Source: an uncultured bacterium (GTDB taxonomy: Bacteria; Bacillota_I; Bacilli_A; RFN20; CAG-826). Taken from it: a DNA stretch of 64,000 bases. The DNA lies in NCBI GenBank assembly GCA_949299195.1, contig CASFZN010000018.1, positions 352,149 through 416,148 on the forward strand, in the 5' to 3' direction. Positions 39,105 through 49,028 of this stretch are shown piece by piece; within the stretch, counting starts at the first letter, position 1; each line of letters opens with the position of its first letter. The notes beneath the pieces were generated by a model. That model had not been told where the DNA came from and did not search any database. It saw nothing but the letters and a program-made list of their open reading frames with translations. Both the position numbers and the translations under genes were made by a program.

Positions 39105-39773
39105 TTATTCCCCACTATTTTCATCAATATTTGATAAATTATTGGTGTTATAGAAGGAAGATAGATCCATTTCTTCAAGTTTTGCGCTAAATAAACTCTT
39201 AGATAATTTTTTAATATATAGTTTTCTAGCAATATAAGCTTGAGTAACAACAAGATAATAAATTGTACCCACTACTAAGGTTAAGAAGATGAAATAGTTA
39301 AATATTTTTTCATCGGTAAATGGCTCTGGAGTTAACCAAACCCACGAATCAAAGTTAGATCCAAATGGAGGATAATACTTAACACTAGAAAAATCTAATA
39401 TATATAATAAGGATGCAATTCCAGTTTCTCTATCAAAGATAGATTCTAACCAATTTCCATAAATTGAGTGGTAAATGATATATAAAATTAAACAAGTTAA
39501 TAAAATAATAAATGGTGCAATTGATTGTTTATAAAATCTTTCAAGAGATTTTTGATAAGCAATAGTTTTAAATTCTTCTGGAGTTTTAATTATCCTAGAA
39601 ACAACAAGTTTTCCCATGTCTTTATCAACTGCTTTAGCTTGTTTTTTCATGGTGTATCTAATTAAGTTTCCTAATAAGCCAATTAAGACAAATAAAAATA
39701 AAAGTACCGCAATTATTACTAAAATAACTTTCCACGTGGAAACTTTTGCATCAAAAATGATAAAATTAAACAT
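39105..39773 (-). CDS. hypothetical membrane protein; translationally coupled (TAATG) to upstream gene; contains a copy of the CACGTG palindrome in its 5' coding region
   Basis: RBS aaaaggaggga inside upstream gene's 3' end; stop/start overlap TAATG; 'DAKVSTWKV' encoded by ACTTTCCACGTGGAAACT. Confidence 0.45.
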   Translation of the reverse strand: MFNFIIFDAKVSTWKVILVIIAVLLFLFVLIGLLGNLIRYTMKKQAKAVDKDMGKLVVSRIIKTPEEFKTIAYQKSLERFYKQSIAPFIILLTCLILYIIYHSIYGNWLESIFDRETGIASLLYILDFSSVKYYPPFGSNFDSWVWLTPEPFTDEKIFNYFIFLTLVVGTIYYLVVTQAYIARKLYIKKLSKSLFSAKLEEMDLSSFYNTNNLSNIDENSGE

Positions 39774-40360
39774 TAGTCATCCCTCCTTTTTAATGAGTGA
39801 GGACCATAATAATCTGGCTTTTGAGTCTCTTCAATATCATCGTCATCAATTAGATATTTTGTTTCTTCGTTTTCTTCAAATTCATCAATACTTTCATCAC
39901 TATAAGAATAAGAAGGTTCATTTTTTCTTTTAAGTTTATGTTCAACTAAAGGTGTTTCGATTTCTTCAATATATTTAGCGCTTTCATGATGATTGGCAAA
40001 ATAATTTGGATCTTTCTCTAATAATTCTTTGGTTCTTTTTAAATCATTGGGATTAGTAAGAATTATGTTATTGGTCGTGTTATAAACAATTTTTGTTCCT
40101 TTATCACTTTCAACGGAAGGAAGAGAAGAATTTTCTTCTTTTGTACCACTATTTTGTTTTAAGTATCGAGAGTTTTCTAAAATTTTATCAGCTTTATCGT
40201 CTAATTCTTTATTCTTTTTCCTATTTATGAGCCTTTCAAAAGTATAAATTATGCATCTAAAAAATAAATAAACGGCATAAACTATAAGATAAACTAATAA
40301 AAACGGAAGAAGAATAATATATAAAATTCCTAATCCTATGGTCTTAAAAAAATCTTTCAT
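39773..40360 (-). CDS. hypothetical protein, N-terminal TM helix and acidic C-terminal tail
   Basis: 195-aa ORF; 'EEIETPLVEH...DESIDEFEENEETKYLIDDDDIEE'. Confidence 0.4.
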   Translation of the reverse strand: MKDFFKTIGLGILYIILLPFLLVYLIVYAVYLFFRCIIYTFERLINRKKNKELDDKADKILENSRYLKQNSGTKEENSSLPSVESDKGTKIVYNTTNNIILTNPNDLKRTKELLEKDPNYFANHHESAKYIEEIETPLVEHKLKRKNEPSYSYSDESIDEFEENEETKYLIDDDDIEETQKPDYYGPHSLKRRDD

Positions 40361-40407
40361 ATCGATAATATTTTAAATAACAATTTTCTTTTTATAAATA
40401 GATGAAT

Positions 40408-41325
40408 TTAATTTATTCTCTTTTTATTCATTCTTCTTATGATAAGTTCAATAAAATCTGATAAAACGACTAAAATAGTAGGGATTATAAAAAAGAAAAA
40501 CAAATTAAATGTAGGAACATATGCTCCAATTACAAAAAATAAAGTCATAGAGATAAAAATACCTATTCCAAAAGTAACTATATAATTTAATCTATCATTT
40601 CTTTTTAAGTCTTCGTTTACAATATTCACCCCAATTATAAATATCAAAAGAATTAAAATAAGTAGATAATTATCGATATTTAATGTTAATAAAATAATCG
40701 AAGGAATAAATAAAACAATTACTAAAATCCCTAATATTTCTTTACTATATTCATAACTATTAAACTCTAGATTAAACCTTTTTATCTCATATTTAATAAA
40801 TAAATAGGTTAAAAAGATAATAATGAAACTATAGGAATAGATAAAAAAGTTCAAATAATATAAGAAATCTTCATTATTATGAAGATTAAATATTCTTAAT
40901 AATAAATTAAGAATATCATCATTATAAATAAAGTTAATAACTTCAATTCCTATAAGAGTAAAGATAAATAAAGCAATACTAGATAATAAAATTGTTAAGT
41001 ATTTATCGAATCTTTTATCTATTGATAACGAAAATAAAAAAGAAATTAGTAATGAAGGTAGAAAACTAATAAAAAAATAAGAAAAATCAAATATGGTAAT
41101 AAGTAAAGAAAGGGGAATAATTATTAAAACATAATAAAGATAATACCTTTTCTTTATAAAAGTAGCTAAAAGAGTTGAAGTTAAATAGATAAATAGATTT
41201 AAAAATACCCTCGTAACTGTAACATATGTTCCAACTCCTAATAAAATAAGATTAAGGGCAATAATTAATGAAATTAAAGGCAAAGCCTCTTTTAAAGAAG
41301 TTCGATATTTTAATAATCTTTTCAT
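40408..41325 (-). CDS. hypothetical polytopic membrane protein (about 9 TM helices)
   Basis: 305-aa extremely hydrophobic ORF. Confidence 0.45.
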   Translation of the reverse strand: MKRLLKYRTSLKEALPLISLIIALNLILLGVGTYVTVTRVFLNLFIYLTSTLLATFIKKRYYLYYVLIIIPLSLLITIFDFSYFFISFLPSLLISFLFSLSIDKRFDKYLTILLSSIALFIFTLIGIEVINFIYNDDILNLLLRIFNLHNNEDFLYYLNFFIYSYSFIIIFLTYLFIKYEIKRFNLEFNSYEYSKEILGILVIVLFIPSIILLTLNIDNYLLILILLIFIIGVNIVNEDLKRNDRLNYIVTFGIGIFISMTLFFVIGAYVPTFNLFFFFIIPTILVVLSDFIELIIRRMNKKRIN

Positions 41326-41432
41326 ACCTTAATCAATTTTATAATTAACCTTTAAATCTTGTCACTATTTTTAAAAACATTATAAATATAAATATTTATA
41401 ATAATTTTGATTTATTATAAGATATTAAAGTT

Positions 41433-43570
41433 ATGAATTTAAAAACCTTACTCAACGATAAACAATACGAAGCTGTAACTTCTTCATTTAAATATAATAG
41501 AATTATAGCTGGAGCAGGAAGTGGTAAAACCCGTGTTTTAACCTACCGTCTTGCACATTTAATTAATGATAAAAATATTGATCCTTATAACCTTTTAGCA
41601 ATTACTTTTACTAATAAAGTTGCAAAAGAAATGTTAAATAGAACCGAAGAATTACTCGGAAACATCGATATTAGTAGTTTAAAAATATCTACCTTCCACT
41701 CTTTTTGTAGTTATTTTTTAAGAAACGAAATCTATCACATCAACTTTCCTAGATCTTTTGTAATTATTGATGATAATGAAAGTGAAAACATGATTTATTA
41801 TTCCTTTACTAGTTTAGGTCATGAGATTAAAAAAGGAGATACCTTAGTTAAATCCACCATTAGATTTATTGCTAAAAATAAAACTAAAGGCCTTCTTCCT
41901 AGCGATATCAAAGAAGAAGATTTAGTTAGTGAAGAAATGAAAATCATGTATGAAGCTTTTAAAGAATATGAAAAAAATAAAGTTAGAAGTTATGCTTTAG
42001 ATTTTGATGATTTACTTATTTATACCGCAATATTTTAAGAGAATTTAGTGACGTAAAAGAAAAATATAATACTCGCTTTAAAGAGATTTTAGTCGATGAA
42101 TTCCAAGATACAAACGATTTACAGTTTAAACTTTTAACTCTTTTAGTAGGAAAAGACACAGGGCTTTATGTTGTAGGAGATCCTGATCAAACTATCTATA
42201 CCTGGAGAGGCGCTAATTTAAGAGTTATTTTAGATGTAGAAAAATATTTTAGGGGCTTACAAACTTTTATTTTAGACGAAAACTATCGTTCAACTAAAAA
42301 TATTTTAACCGCTGCTAATAAGCTTATTATTCATAATGCTGAAAGGGTAAAAAAAGATTTATTTACTAAAAACGAAAGTCGAGAAGAAGTAAGCTTTTTT
42401 ACAGCCCAAACTGATTTTGAAGAAGCTAGAAAAGTCGTTCAAAAAATACGTGAATTAACTGTAAAAAACGATGCAAAATATTCGGAAATTGCCATTCTTT
42501 ATCGATCGGCATATCTTTCTCGTCCTTTCGAACAAATTTTAATGAAAGAAAGAATTCCATATCGCGTTTATTCAGGAACAAAATTCTATGATAGAAGAGA
42601 AGTTAAAGATGTTTTAGCCTATCTTTCTTTATTAACTAATCCCAAAAACGATGTAGCTTTTGAAAGAGTTTATAACGTTCCTAAAAGAGGAATTGGAGAT
42701 GTTTCGTATGCAAAATTTAAACAAGAAGCATATGAATTAAACTTAAATTTATATCAATACGCTTTAGATTTATATAAATATGATTCTGAGGTTAGTAAAA
42801 AATCTCAAAATGCCTTATCTACCTTTGTTTTAAAATTAGAAAAAGCTAATGATTTACTTGAAGGAGAACACACTTCTCAAGAATTTTCTGGCATAATGCT
42901 CGACTTTTTAAATGACATTAAATATTTTGACTATCTTCAAGAAAATGAAGAAGATGGCGATGATAGAGCTTTAAACGTCAGATCTTTAATTAGCGATATT
43001 GCTAATACAGTAACTGGAAAAAATGCGATAAGTATCGAAGAATATTTACAAAACGTTACTTTATTAACTTCTCAAGATGATATTGTTAATGATGGTGATT
43101 CAATCACTTTAATGACCTGCCATACTGCTAAGGGTTTAGAGTTTAACTATGTTTTCGTAGTTGGATTAAATAAAGATGTTTTCCCAAATTATCGTGCTCT
43201 TCAAGAAGGAAAAGAAAGAGAAGAGGAAGAAAGAAGATTAGCCTATGTTGCCTTTACTCGTGCTAGAAAAATACTCTATTTATCTTGTAATTTAGGGCAT
43301 TCATTTATTAGTGGCACCACTAATGAAGTTTCTCAATTTGTTATTGAAGCCGGATTATCGCTTAAACCTAAAAACTCCTTTATCAAGGTAGGAAAAGAAA
43401 ATTTATATTCTTTCGATTTTAATAAATTTATGGAGGAAAAGAAAAAAATCGAAGAAGAAGAGCGAAAAGAAAGAGTTATAGGAACTTCATTTAAAAATAA
43501 TATAAAATGGAGTGTAGGCGATTTGATAAATCATAAAACTTTTGGAAAAGGAAAAATCAATAAATTATAA
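41433..43570 (+). pseudogene. UvrD/PcrA-type helicase paralog (pcrA-1) disrupted by a -1 frameshift in the T4 run at 42033-42036
   Basis: N-terminal 201 aa with 'IAGAGSGKTRVLTYR', stop at 42036; frame +2 continues 'REFSDVKEKYNTRFKEILVDEFQDTN...VVGDPDQTIYTWRGAN...ENYRST...TCHTAKGLEF...LAYVAFTRARK'; colinear and about 65-70% identical to intact pcrA at 50515. Confidence 0.7.
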
Positions 43571-43658
43571 AAAGAATTTTAAAATATTTTTAACTTTCAC
43601 TATTCTTTCAATATTATTATTTATATATATACTATATTTAGTAGTAATGACAATTATA

Positions 43659-43694
43659 TCTTTAATCGGTTATACCGATTAAAGATTTTTTTTA
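43659..43694 (+). terminator. intrinsic terminator after pcrA-1
   Basis: TCTTTAATCGGTtatACCGATTAAAGA + T8. Confidence 0.7.
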
Positions 43695-43793
43695 TATAAC
43701 AGCAATAAAAATTTTTACAGTGTAAAATCACGATTGATATCGTATTTTTTTCTTAATTATCAAAAATAGTCATAAATATAAATTAAGTCTTGC

Positions 43794-43803
43794 GGGGGGG
43801 GGG
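43794..43803. repeat. poly-G(10) homopolymer tract in the putative promoter spacer of the sipW island
   Basis: gcGGGGGGGGGGct between candidate -35 TTGCGG (43790-43795) and -10 TATAGT (43814-43819), 18-nt spacer. Confidence 0.6.
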
Positions 43804-43883
43804 CTTTAAATAGTATAGTTTTAATCAAATAAAGTTATTTTTAGGCTTTTATGCAAATTTTTATGATGGGGGATTAAAATTTT

Positions 43884-44492
43884 ATGCTAAAAAGAAAACT
43901 TTTAATGACAATTTTACCAGTATTAAGTGCTGCAGTTATTGTTGGCACCGGTTTTAGTGCTTGGCACTTTGGAAATACAACAGACAGCGAAACTTTAAAT
44001 GCTAATGTTGTTGTTACTGAAAAAGTTAATCATCATATTGACCTTACAGTTAATACAGAAATGACAAGATTACTTCTTGATCAAGGCTCCACCGATGGTG
44101 TTAGAGATGAAGGAATTACTTTTACTAATGATAATCACGAAGCTAATAAAGGTGTTTTAACAATTAATCTTGCTTCTTCAAGCGCAAAAACAGACTATAC
44201 ATTAACTGTTAGAATTGATCCAGATGAAGCTTTAAATAAATATCTTGAATTTGTAGAAGATGCAACAATTGATGGTTGGGCTTGGTCTAAAGCAAGTCAA
44301 ACTTTAACTCGAGATGTTACATTAACCGATGGGAAAGCAACTGTTACTTTAGATTTAGGTGATGAAACAGACAAACATAACGCATTATTTAACTATACAG
44401 ATGTTAAACCAAGAAATTCAGATGATTATGATACAATGGTTGCAGCATTAGAAAATGCTAAAGTTGTATTTACAGTCACTGTTAGTGAATAA
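43884..44492 (+). CDS. TasA/camelysin-like secreted protein with SipW-cognate-type signal peptide (copy 1)
   Basis: N-terminus 'MLKRKLLMTILPVLSAAVIVGTGFSAWHFGN' resembles TasA 'LVGGGTWAAFND'; sipW two genes downstream; RBS tgggggatt. Confidence 0.5.
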   Translation: MLKRKLLMTILPVLSAAVIVGTGFSAWHFGNTTDSETLNANVVVTEKVNHHIDLTVNTEMTRLLLDQGSTDGVRDEGITFTNDNHEANKGVLTINLASSSAKTDYTLTVRIDPDEALNKYLEFVEDATIDGWAWSKASQTLTRDVTLTDGKATVTLDLGDETDKHNALFNYTDVKPRNSDDYDTMVAALENAKVVFTVTVSE

Positions 44493-44614
44493 TTAATATT
44501 TTTATATGGATAGAGTCTATTTCTAGGACTCTATCCATATTCTTTATTTATTAGATTTATTAAATATGAAATAAGATTTTTATCTTACTTCTTTAAGTAA
44601 CAACAAGTAGTAAT

Positions 44615-47386
44615 ATGAGTAAGTTTAAAAAAATATTAATACCTATTTTTACTTTATTAACAGCACTTACTATCTTAGTGCCTTCTTTTGCGTTATCTTA
44701 TTTCATATTTAATAAACCTGATGAAACAATTAAAGACGTAAATAACGGCCCTAATAGATATGATGATATAAAAGAAAATTATAGTGGTGAAAATAATTCT
44801 TCTAAAACATATACTATTTATTTTTTTCCTTCTACTTTATATGCTCATATCGAATATGAGCATATAATGAATAATACAAATGAATTCACTAATCCTAAAC
44901 CAGAAGAGACTTTCGGATATGTTGAATATGATATGGAAACCGAGACTTTTAGTGAAGTTAAACCTGGGAATCAAAATAATGAATATATCATGAATTCAAA
45001 CCAAAGTTATGGTGATGCTGCTTACTATAATTCAGTATCTAATAGCACGTATCAAGCAGATGAGTATTGTTTTTACAATGATGTTAAGACTTATTTGCAA
45101 AATTTTAACGATTATAATGGAAGCATACCTGAAGAATTACAACCTTATAGTGATGCTTGGAATGATTTTGGTAGGGATTATGGATTGCCTGAAGATTTTA
45201 ATAAAACTTATTCAAATGGTGATAGAACAGGCAACCATTATAAGTTTAGGAATGATCGTCTAGGATATCGGCCAAATAAAAACCCTGAAAATAATGGCGA
45301 GATTGGAATAGGCGAAGGAAGATATTTACCTATAAAAGTAACGATTAAAGATACTTTACCAATGTATGTTTATAATCATATAGTCGAATATAAGCCAATG
45401 GCTGATATGGGTGATAGTTCTTCAGGTGAAAGAGCATGGTATAATTTCTCTTTTGCAGGATGGGGTTATTTTGACGAAAGCAAAAATTTTAGTGCTCCAA
45501 AAACAACTTTCGAAGAAAACGAACAATTTAATTATGATGATAATTATGTTCAAGATTCTTTTACTTCAGGAGATTGTAATAATATTTTCGATATTTTGAA
45601 CGATTTAAGTGAATACGATCCGGACGGGGATGGAATTATAAAATTGTTTCCTATTTTTAGTAATGGGAAAAAATACGGATTAAATAATGATACGGTCCAT
45701 TTAGGTGGTAGGGATGCTTTAAAGTTAACGTATCAATTAAAAGATGGATATAGTTATGAAACAAATGAACAATATTTTTTGTATTCAACCGATAAAATAT
45801 CTTACACAGAAGACAATATTGAAGTAACTTATGCTTCGATTAATAATATTAACCTCGATTTTGATAAATACGAAAATATGAAAATACAAGGTGCCGCTTT
45901 AGGTTTAGAAGGTGCCGGCGATTGGACTGGGACTTGGAGTAATTTATTGCTTGATTCTAAATATATTATAGGTGCAAATAATAGTTCTTATGAAGTTATA
46001 AATAATTTTGGCGAAGGTTTATATAATATTTATATTTTTACTGTATCCCCAACCATACATGGTGAGTATGTTGAGGGCTATCGTAATTATGAGTCTTTTG
46101 AAAATGTGGACGCTACAAACACTGCTTTAGAAAAATATAGCAATTTTATTAGTAATGATTTGCTCTCAAATATTGTTCAAGATTATATGCTATTTAAGAC
46201 TTTAAAAAATAAAGATTTGGAGTTTATTCAATCAAATCCAGTTTCTATTGGTAAAGATAGTAAAAATGTTGTTAATGATGGATTGTATCAATATATTACT
46301 AACACTTACGTTAATTCCAAATGTGTTATCGCTATTGAAAAAATTACTGAATCTAAATTTATTCAAAGTGTTGATATTGGAAATAATATAGCATCACAAA
46401 CTGAAGGTGATAACTATGATTTAGCATCTTCAATGTTATACGTTAAAGAGCCGGTATATTTAGGAAATTCGTTTGATACTAAAAGTATTAGGTTAGGACA
46501 AGGAATAGAACAAGACCATGTTGTTATTACCGATGTTGATGCTAATCTAGTTAATAATGAATTTAATAGTATTACGAATAAAGTTGACTTAAAAGAAGAT
46601 GTTGTTTTACTTAGAAACGTTGATTTTACAAACTATTCAACATTAAGGGAAGCTGCTTTTCAAATAAGGTTATTTGAAAAGTATCAAAGCATTTTAAATT
46701 TTATTGAGACAGATGAAAGTAATTTAAAATTAAGTGGTAATAGTAGTGCACAAACTTTTGAAGCTTTAATCTATAATCCTAAGGATAATAATTTAAATGC
46801 AAGCAATATTTTCTTAGATGCTTCTTATTATTTTAATTTAGTTAATGCTGGTGAAAATATAACTTTAAATAGTGATGGTGTAACATATGATGTCGATCAA
46901 AGAGTATATGTTCCACGTCATACTTCATATTTAGGTATGTATGATTTTATGCTTTATCATAATAAAGAAAATAATACTTATAAATTATATGCATATCGTC
47001 ATTCAAATGCGACTATTAGAGTTTTTACAGAAGATCAAGAAGATAATAACAATGATGGTTACGTTGATGTAAATGATACTCAATTAATATGGCAAAGAAA
47101 TACAAATATTGGTTCATATGCCGAAATTTATGATCAAGGGACGTGTGGAGAAGCTTCCGGAGATTTAAATGGTAGTGAATCAAGTTTTGAAAATGTTATT
47201 ACTCATTATTTAAACGATAAAGAAATAGGAACTTATTATCTTAGAGATCATGTTACTGGAATTGATTTATTTGAAATAATAAAAGATGAAGAAGGTAATA
47301 TCGAATTTAATCAATTATTAACTAATTTTAGAATTCGTAAATCTTATATCTTTTATTTAACAACTGAAAAAGTATTAGGAGAATAA
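44615..47386 (+). CDS. large (923 aa) secreted/surface protein with N-terminal signal-anchor, N/Y/D-rich; contains a DxDGDG Ca-binding-like loop
   Basis: 'MSKFKKILIPIFTLLTALTILVPSFALSYF'; 'EYDPDGDGIIKLFP'; no recognisable catalytic motif. Confidence 0.5.
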   Translation: MSKFKKILIPIFTLLTALTILVPSFALSYFIFNKPDETIKDVNNGPNRYDDIKENYSGENNSSKTYTIYFFPSTLYAHIEYEHIMNNTNEFTNPKPEETFGYVEYDMETETFSEVKPGNQNNEYIMNSNQSYGDAAYYNSVSNSTYQADEYCFYNDVKTYLQNFNDYNGSIPEELQPYSDAWNDFGRDYGLPEDFNKTYSNGDRTGNHYKFRNDRLGYRPNKNPENNGEIGIGEGRYLPIKVTIKDTLPMYVYNHIVEYKPMADMGDSSSGERAWYNFSFAGWGYFDESKNFSAPKTTFEENEQFNYDDNYVQDSFTSGDCNNIFDILNDLSEYDPDGDGIIKLFPIFSNGKKYGLNNDTVHLGGRDALKLTYQLKDGYSYETNEQYFLYSTDKISYTEDNIEVTYASINNINLDFDKYENMKIQGAALGLEGAGDWTGTWSNLLLDSKYIIGANNSSYEVINNFGEGLYNIYIFTVSPTIHGEYVEGYRNYESFENVDATNTALEKYSNFISNDLLSNIVQDYMLFKTLKNKDLEFIQSNPVSIGKDSKNVVNDGLYQYITNTYVNSKCVIAIEKITESKFIQSVDIGNNIASQTEGDNYDLASSMLYVKEPVYLGNSFDTKSIRLGQGIEQDHVVITDVDANLVNNEFNSITNKVDLKEDVVLLRNVDFTNYSTLREAAFQIRLFEKYQSILNFIETDESNLKLSGNSSAQTFEALIYNPKDNNLNASNIFLDASYYFNLVNAGENITLNSDGVTYDVDQRVYVPRHTSYLGMYDFMLYHNKENNTYKLYAYRHSNATIRVFTEDQEDNNNDGYVDVNDTQLIWQRNTNIGSYAEIYDQGTCGEASGDLNGSESSFENVITHYLNDKEIGTYYLRDHVTGIDLFEIIKDEEGNIEFNQLLTNFRIRKSYIFYLTTEKVLGE

Positions 47387-47400
47387 AAAGGAGAGTAATT

Positions 47401-48345
47401 ATGGGTGGACAATCTAAATTAGTAATTATCGCTTTAATTGTTTCGATATTTGTAATTATAGGTTTAACTATAGTATTTTGTTTCTTATTCTTTTTATATT
47501 CTTTTTATAAAAGTAAACATATTAAATTTGGATTTGAGGATGAAGAATTAAATAAAGAAATTACAACAACTTTATATAAAGTAAATTCTAAAAGATTAAA
47601 GAAAAATAAATCGTTATTAAGATATAACGATATTATTAAAAACGAACATTCATTAACAACTAAATTGCATATATTCATGAATATTGTTTCTAGTGTTGTC
47701 ATTGCTATATTAACTGCAATTTTTATAACTGCACTAGTTTATAGGGTAAATAATGATAATTTATTTATCGGTAATTCTACTTATATGACTATTTTAACTT
47801 CCTCAATGGAATGTAGAAATGAAAAAAATGAATATCTTGATGAATATAATTTAGATGATCAAATCTTGCAATATTCTTTAGTTGGTGTCGAAAAAATAGA
47901 AAAAGAAGAAGATTTGAAATTATATGATATCGTAGCCTACGAATATGAAGAAATAGTTATTTTACACCGTATTGTTGCTATAAAAATAGACGAAGAAACT
48001 AATAAAACAATCTATACATTAAAAGGCGATGCTAATGAATCTTCTTTAAATTATGAAAAAGAATTGGAATTTGAAGATTTTATTGGTAAATATAATGGTT
48101 TTCAAAATTATGGATTAGGTGTAACTATAACTTACGTTAAATCTAATATTGGAATTATTGCTATTTTAAGTGCTGCTATTTTCTTATTTTTAACAACTTT
48201 TGCTGAAGATATGATCAATAAAGAATATAAGAATAGATTGTCACTTTTAGCTGATGATAAATATTTAATTGTTGATTTAAAAGAATTGGCTAAATCAAAA
48301 TACGGAAAAAAGAAAAAGGTAGAAGAAAAAGAAGATGAGAACTAA
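47401..48345 (+). CDS. sipW: type I signal peptidase of the SipW (ER/archaeal) type, with extra N-terminal TM helices
   Basis: catalytic Ser box 'ILTSSMECR', His box 'VILHRIVAI', 'LKGDANES'; TM helices at both ends; RBS aaaggagag. Confidence 0.65.
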   Translation: MGGQSKLVIIALIVSIFVIIGLTIVFCFLFFLYSFYKSKHIKFGFEDEELNKEITTTLYKVNSKRLKKNKSLLRYNDIIKNEHSLTTKLHIFMNIVSSVVIAILTAIFITALVYRVNNDNLFIGNSTYMTILTSSMECRNEKNEYLDEYNLDDQILQYSLVGVEKIEKEEDLKLYDIVAYEYEEIVILHRIVAIKIDEETNKTIYTLKGDANESSLNYEKELEFEDFIGKYNGFQNYGLGVTITYVKSNIGIIAILSAAIFLFLTTFAEDMINKEYKNRLSLLADDKYLIVDLKELAKSKYGKKKKVEEKEDEN

Positions 48346-49027
48346 AAGATTTTTAACATTTTTCACTATTTTAAGTGCTATTGCTTCTATTTCGATAATT
48401 GGAACGGGTTTTGGAGCCTGGTATTTTGGTTCATCTTCTGGAAGTAAAGAAAATAATGTTAATGTTGTAATTAACGATGCTTATGAATTTTGTGATTATA
48501 AAATATATTACCCAAATATTTATTATATTGAATCGAATTTAGAAAATTTATCTACTTATGGTGGGCTTGTTTTTTATAATACAGACGAAACTATATTTAA
48601 AGTAGAAGGAGAAGGAAGCGGAGAATTAAATTACACCTTAACTAGTTCGGTAATGATTTCTTTTAATCTAAAAAGTTCTGCTATAGTCGATGTAGCTTCT
48701 AAAGATGATGCCTATTTTGATGCTTTACCTGATCCAAGTAATTTTAGAGTTAAATTAAACGTATCTTTAAGCGGTTATTTAGCCAATTGGTTTACCTATA
48801 CAGGTAAAGAAGATTATATTTTTGAATTTCAAAAAGGCAATGCTTATGAAATTACATCGCATTTAGATTATATTTGTTCTAACTGGTTGAATTTAAATGA
48901 TAAATTTGAATTAAAAGAAGATTCTCAGATTACTAATGAAGATGGCATTATTGATTTAAGTAAGATTAAAGATATAGAAGATTTTGGTAAAGTTAATCTA
49001 ACATTTACTTTTATTTCAAATTTATAA
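48335..49027 (+). CDS. TasA/camelysin-like secreted protein with SipW-cognate-type signal peptide (copy 2)
   Basis: 'MRTKRFLTFFTILSAIASISIIGTGFGAWYFGSSSG' shares the GTGFxAW(H/Y)FG motif with 43884 gene; overlaps sipW stop. Confidence 0.5.
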   Translation: MRTKRFLTFFTILSAIASISIIGTGFGAWYFGSSSGSKENNVNVVINDAYEFCDYKIYYPNIYYIESNLENLSTYGGLVFYNTDETIFKVEGEGSGELNYTLTSSVMISFNLKSSAIVDVASKDDAYFDALPDPSNFRVKLNVSLSGYLANWFTYTGKEDYIFEFQKGNAYEITSHLDYICSNWLNLNDKFELKEDSQITNEDGIIDLSKIKDIEDFGKVNLTFTFISNL

Positions 49028-49028
49028 T

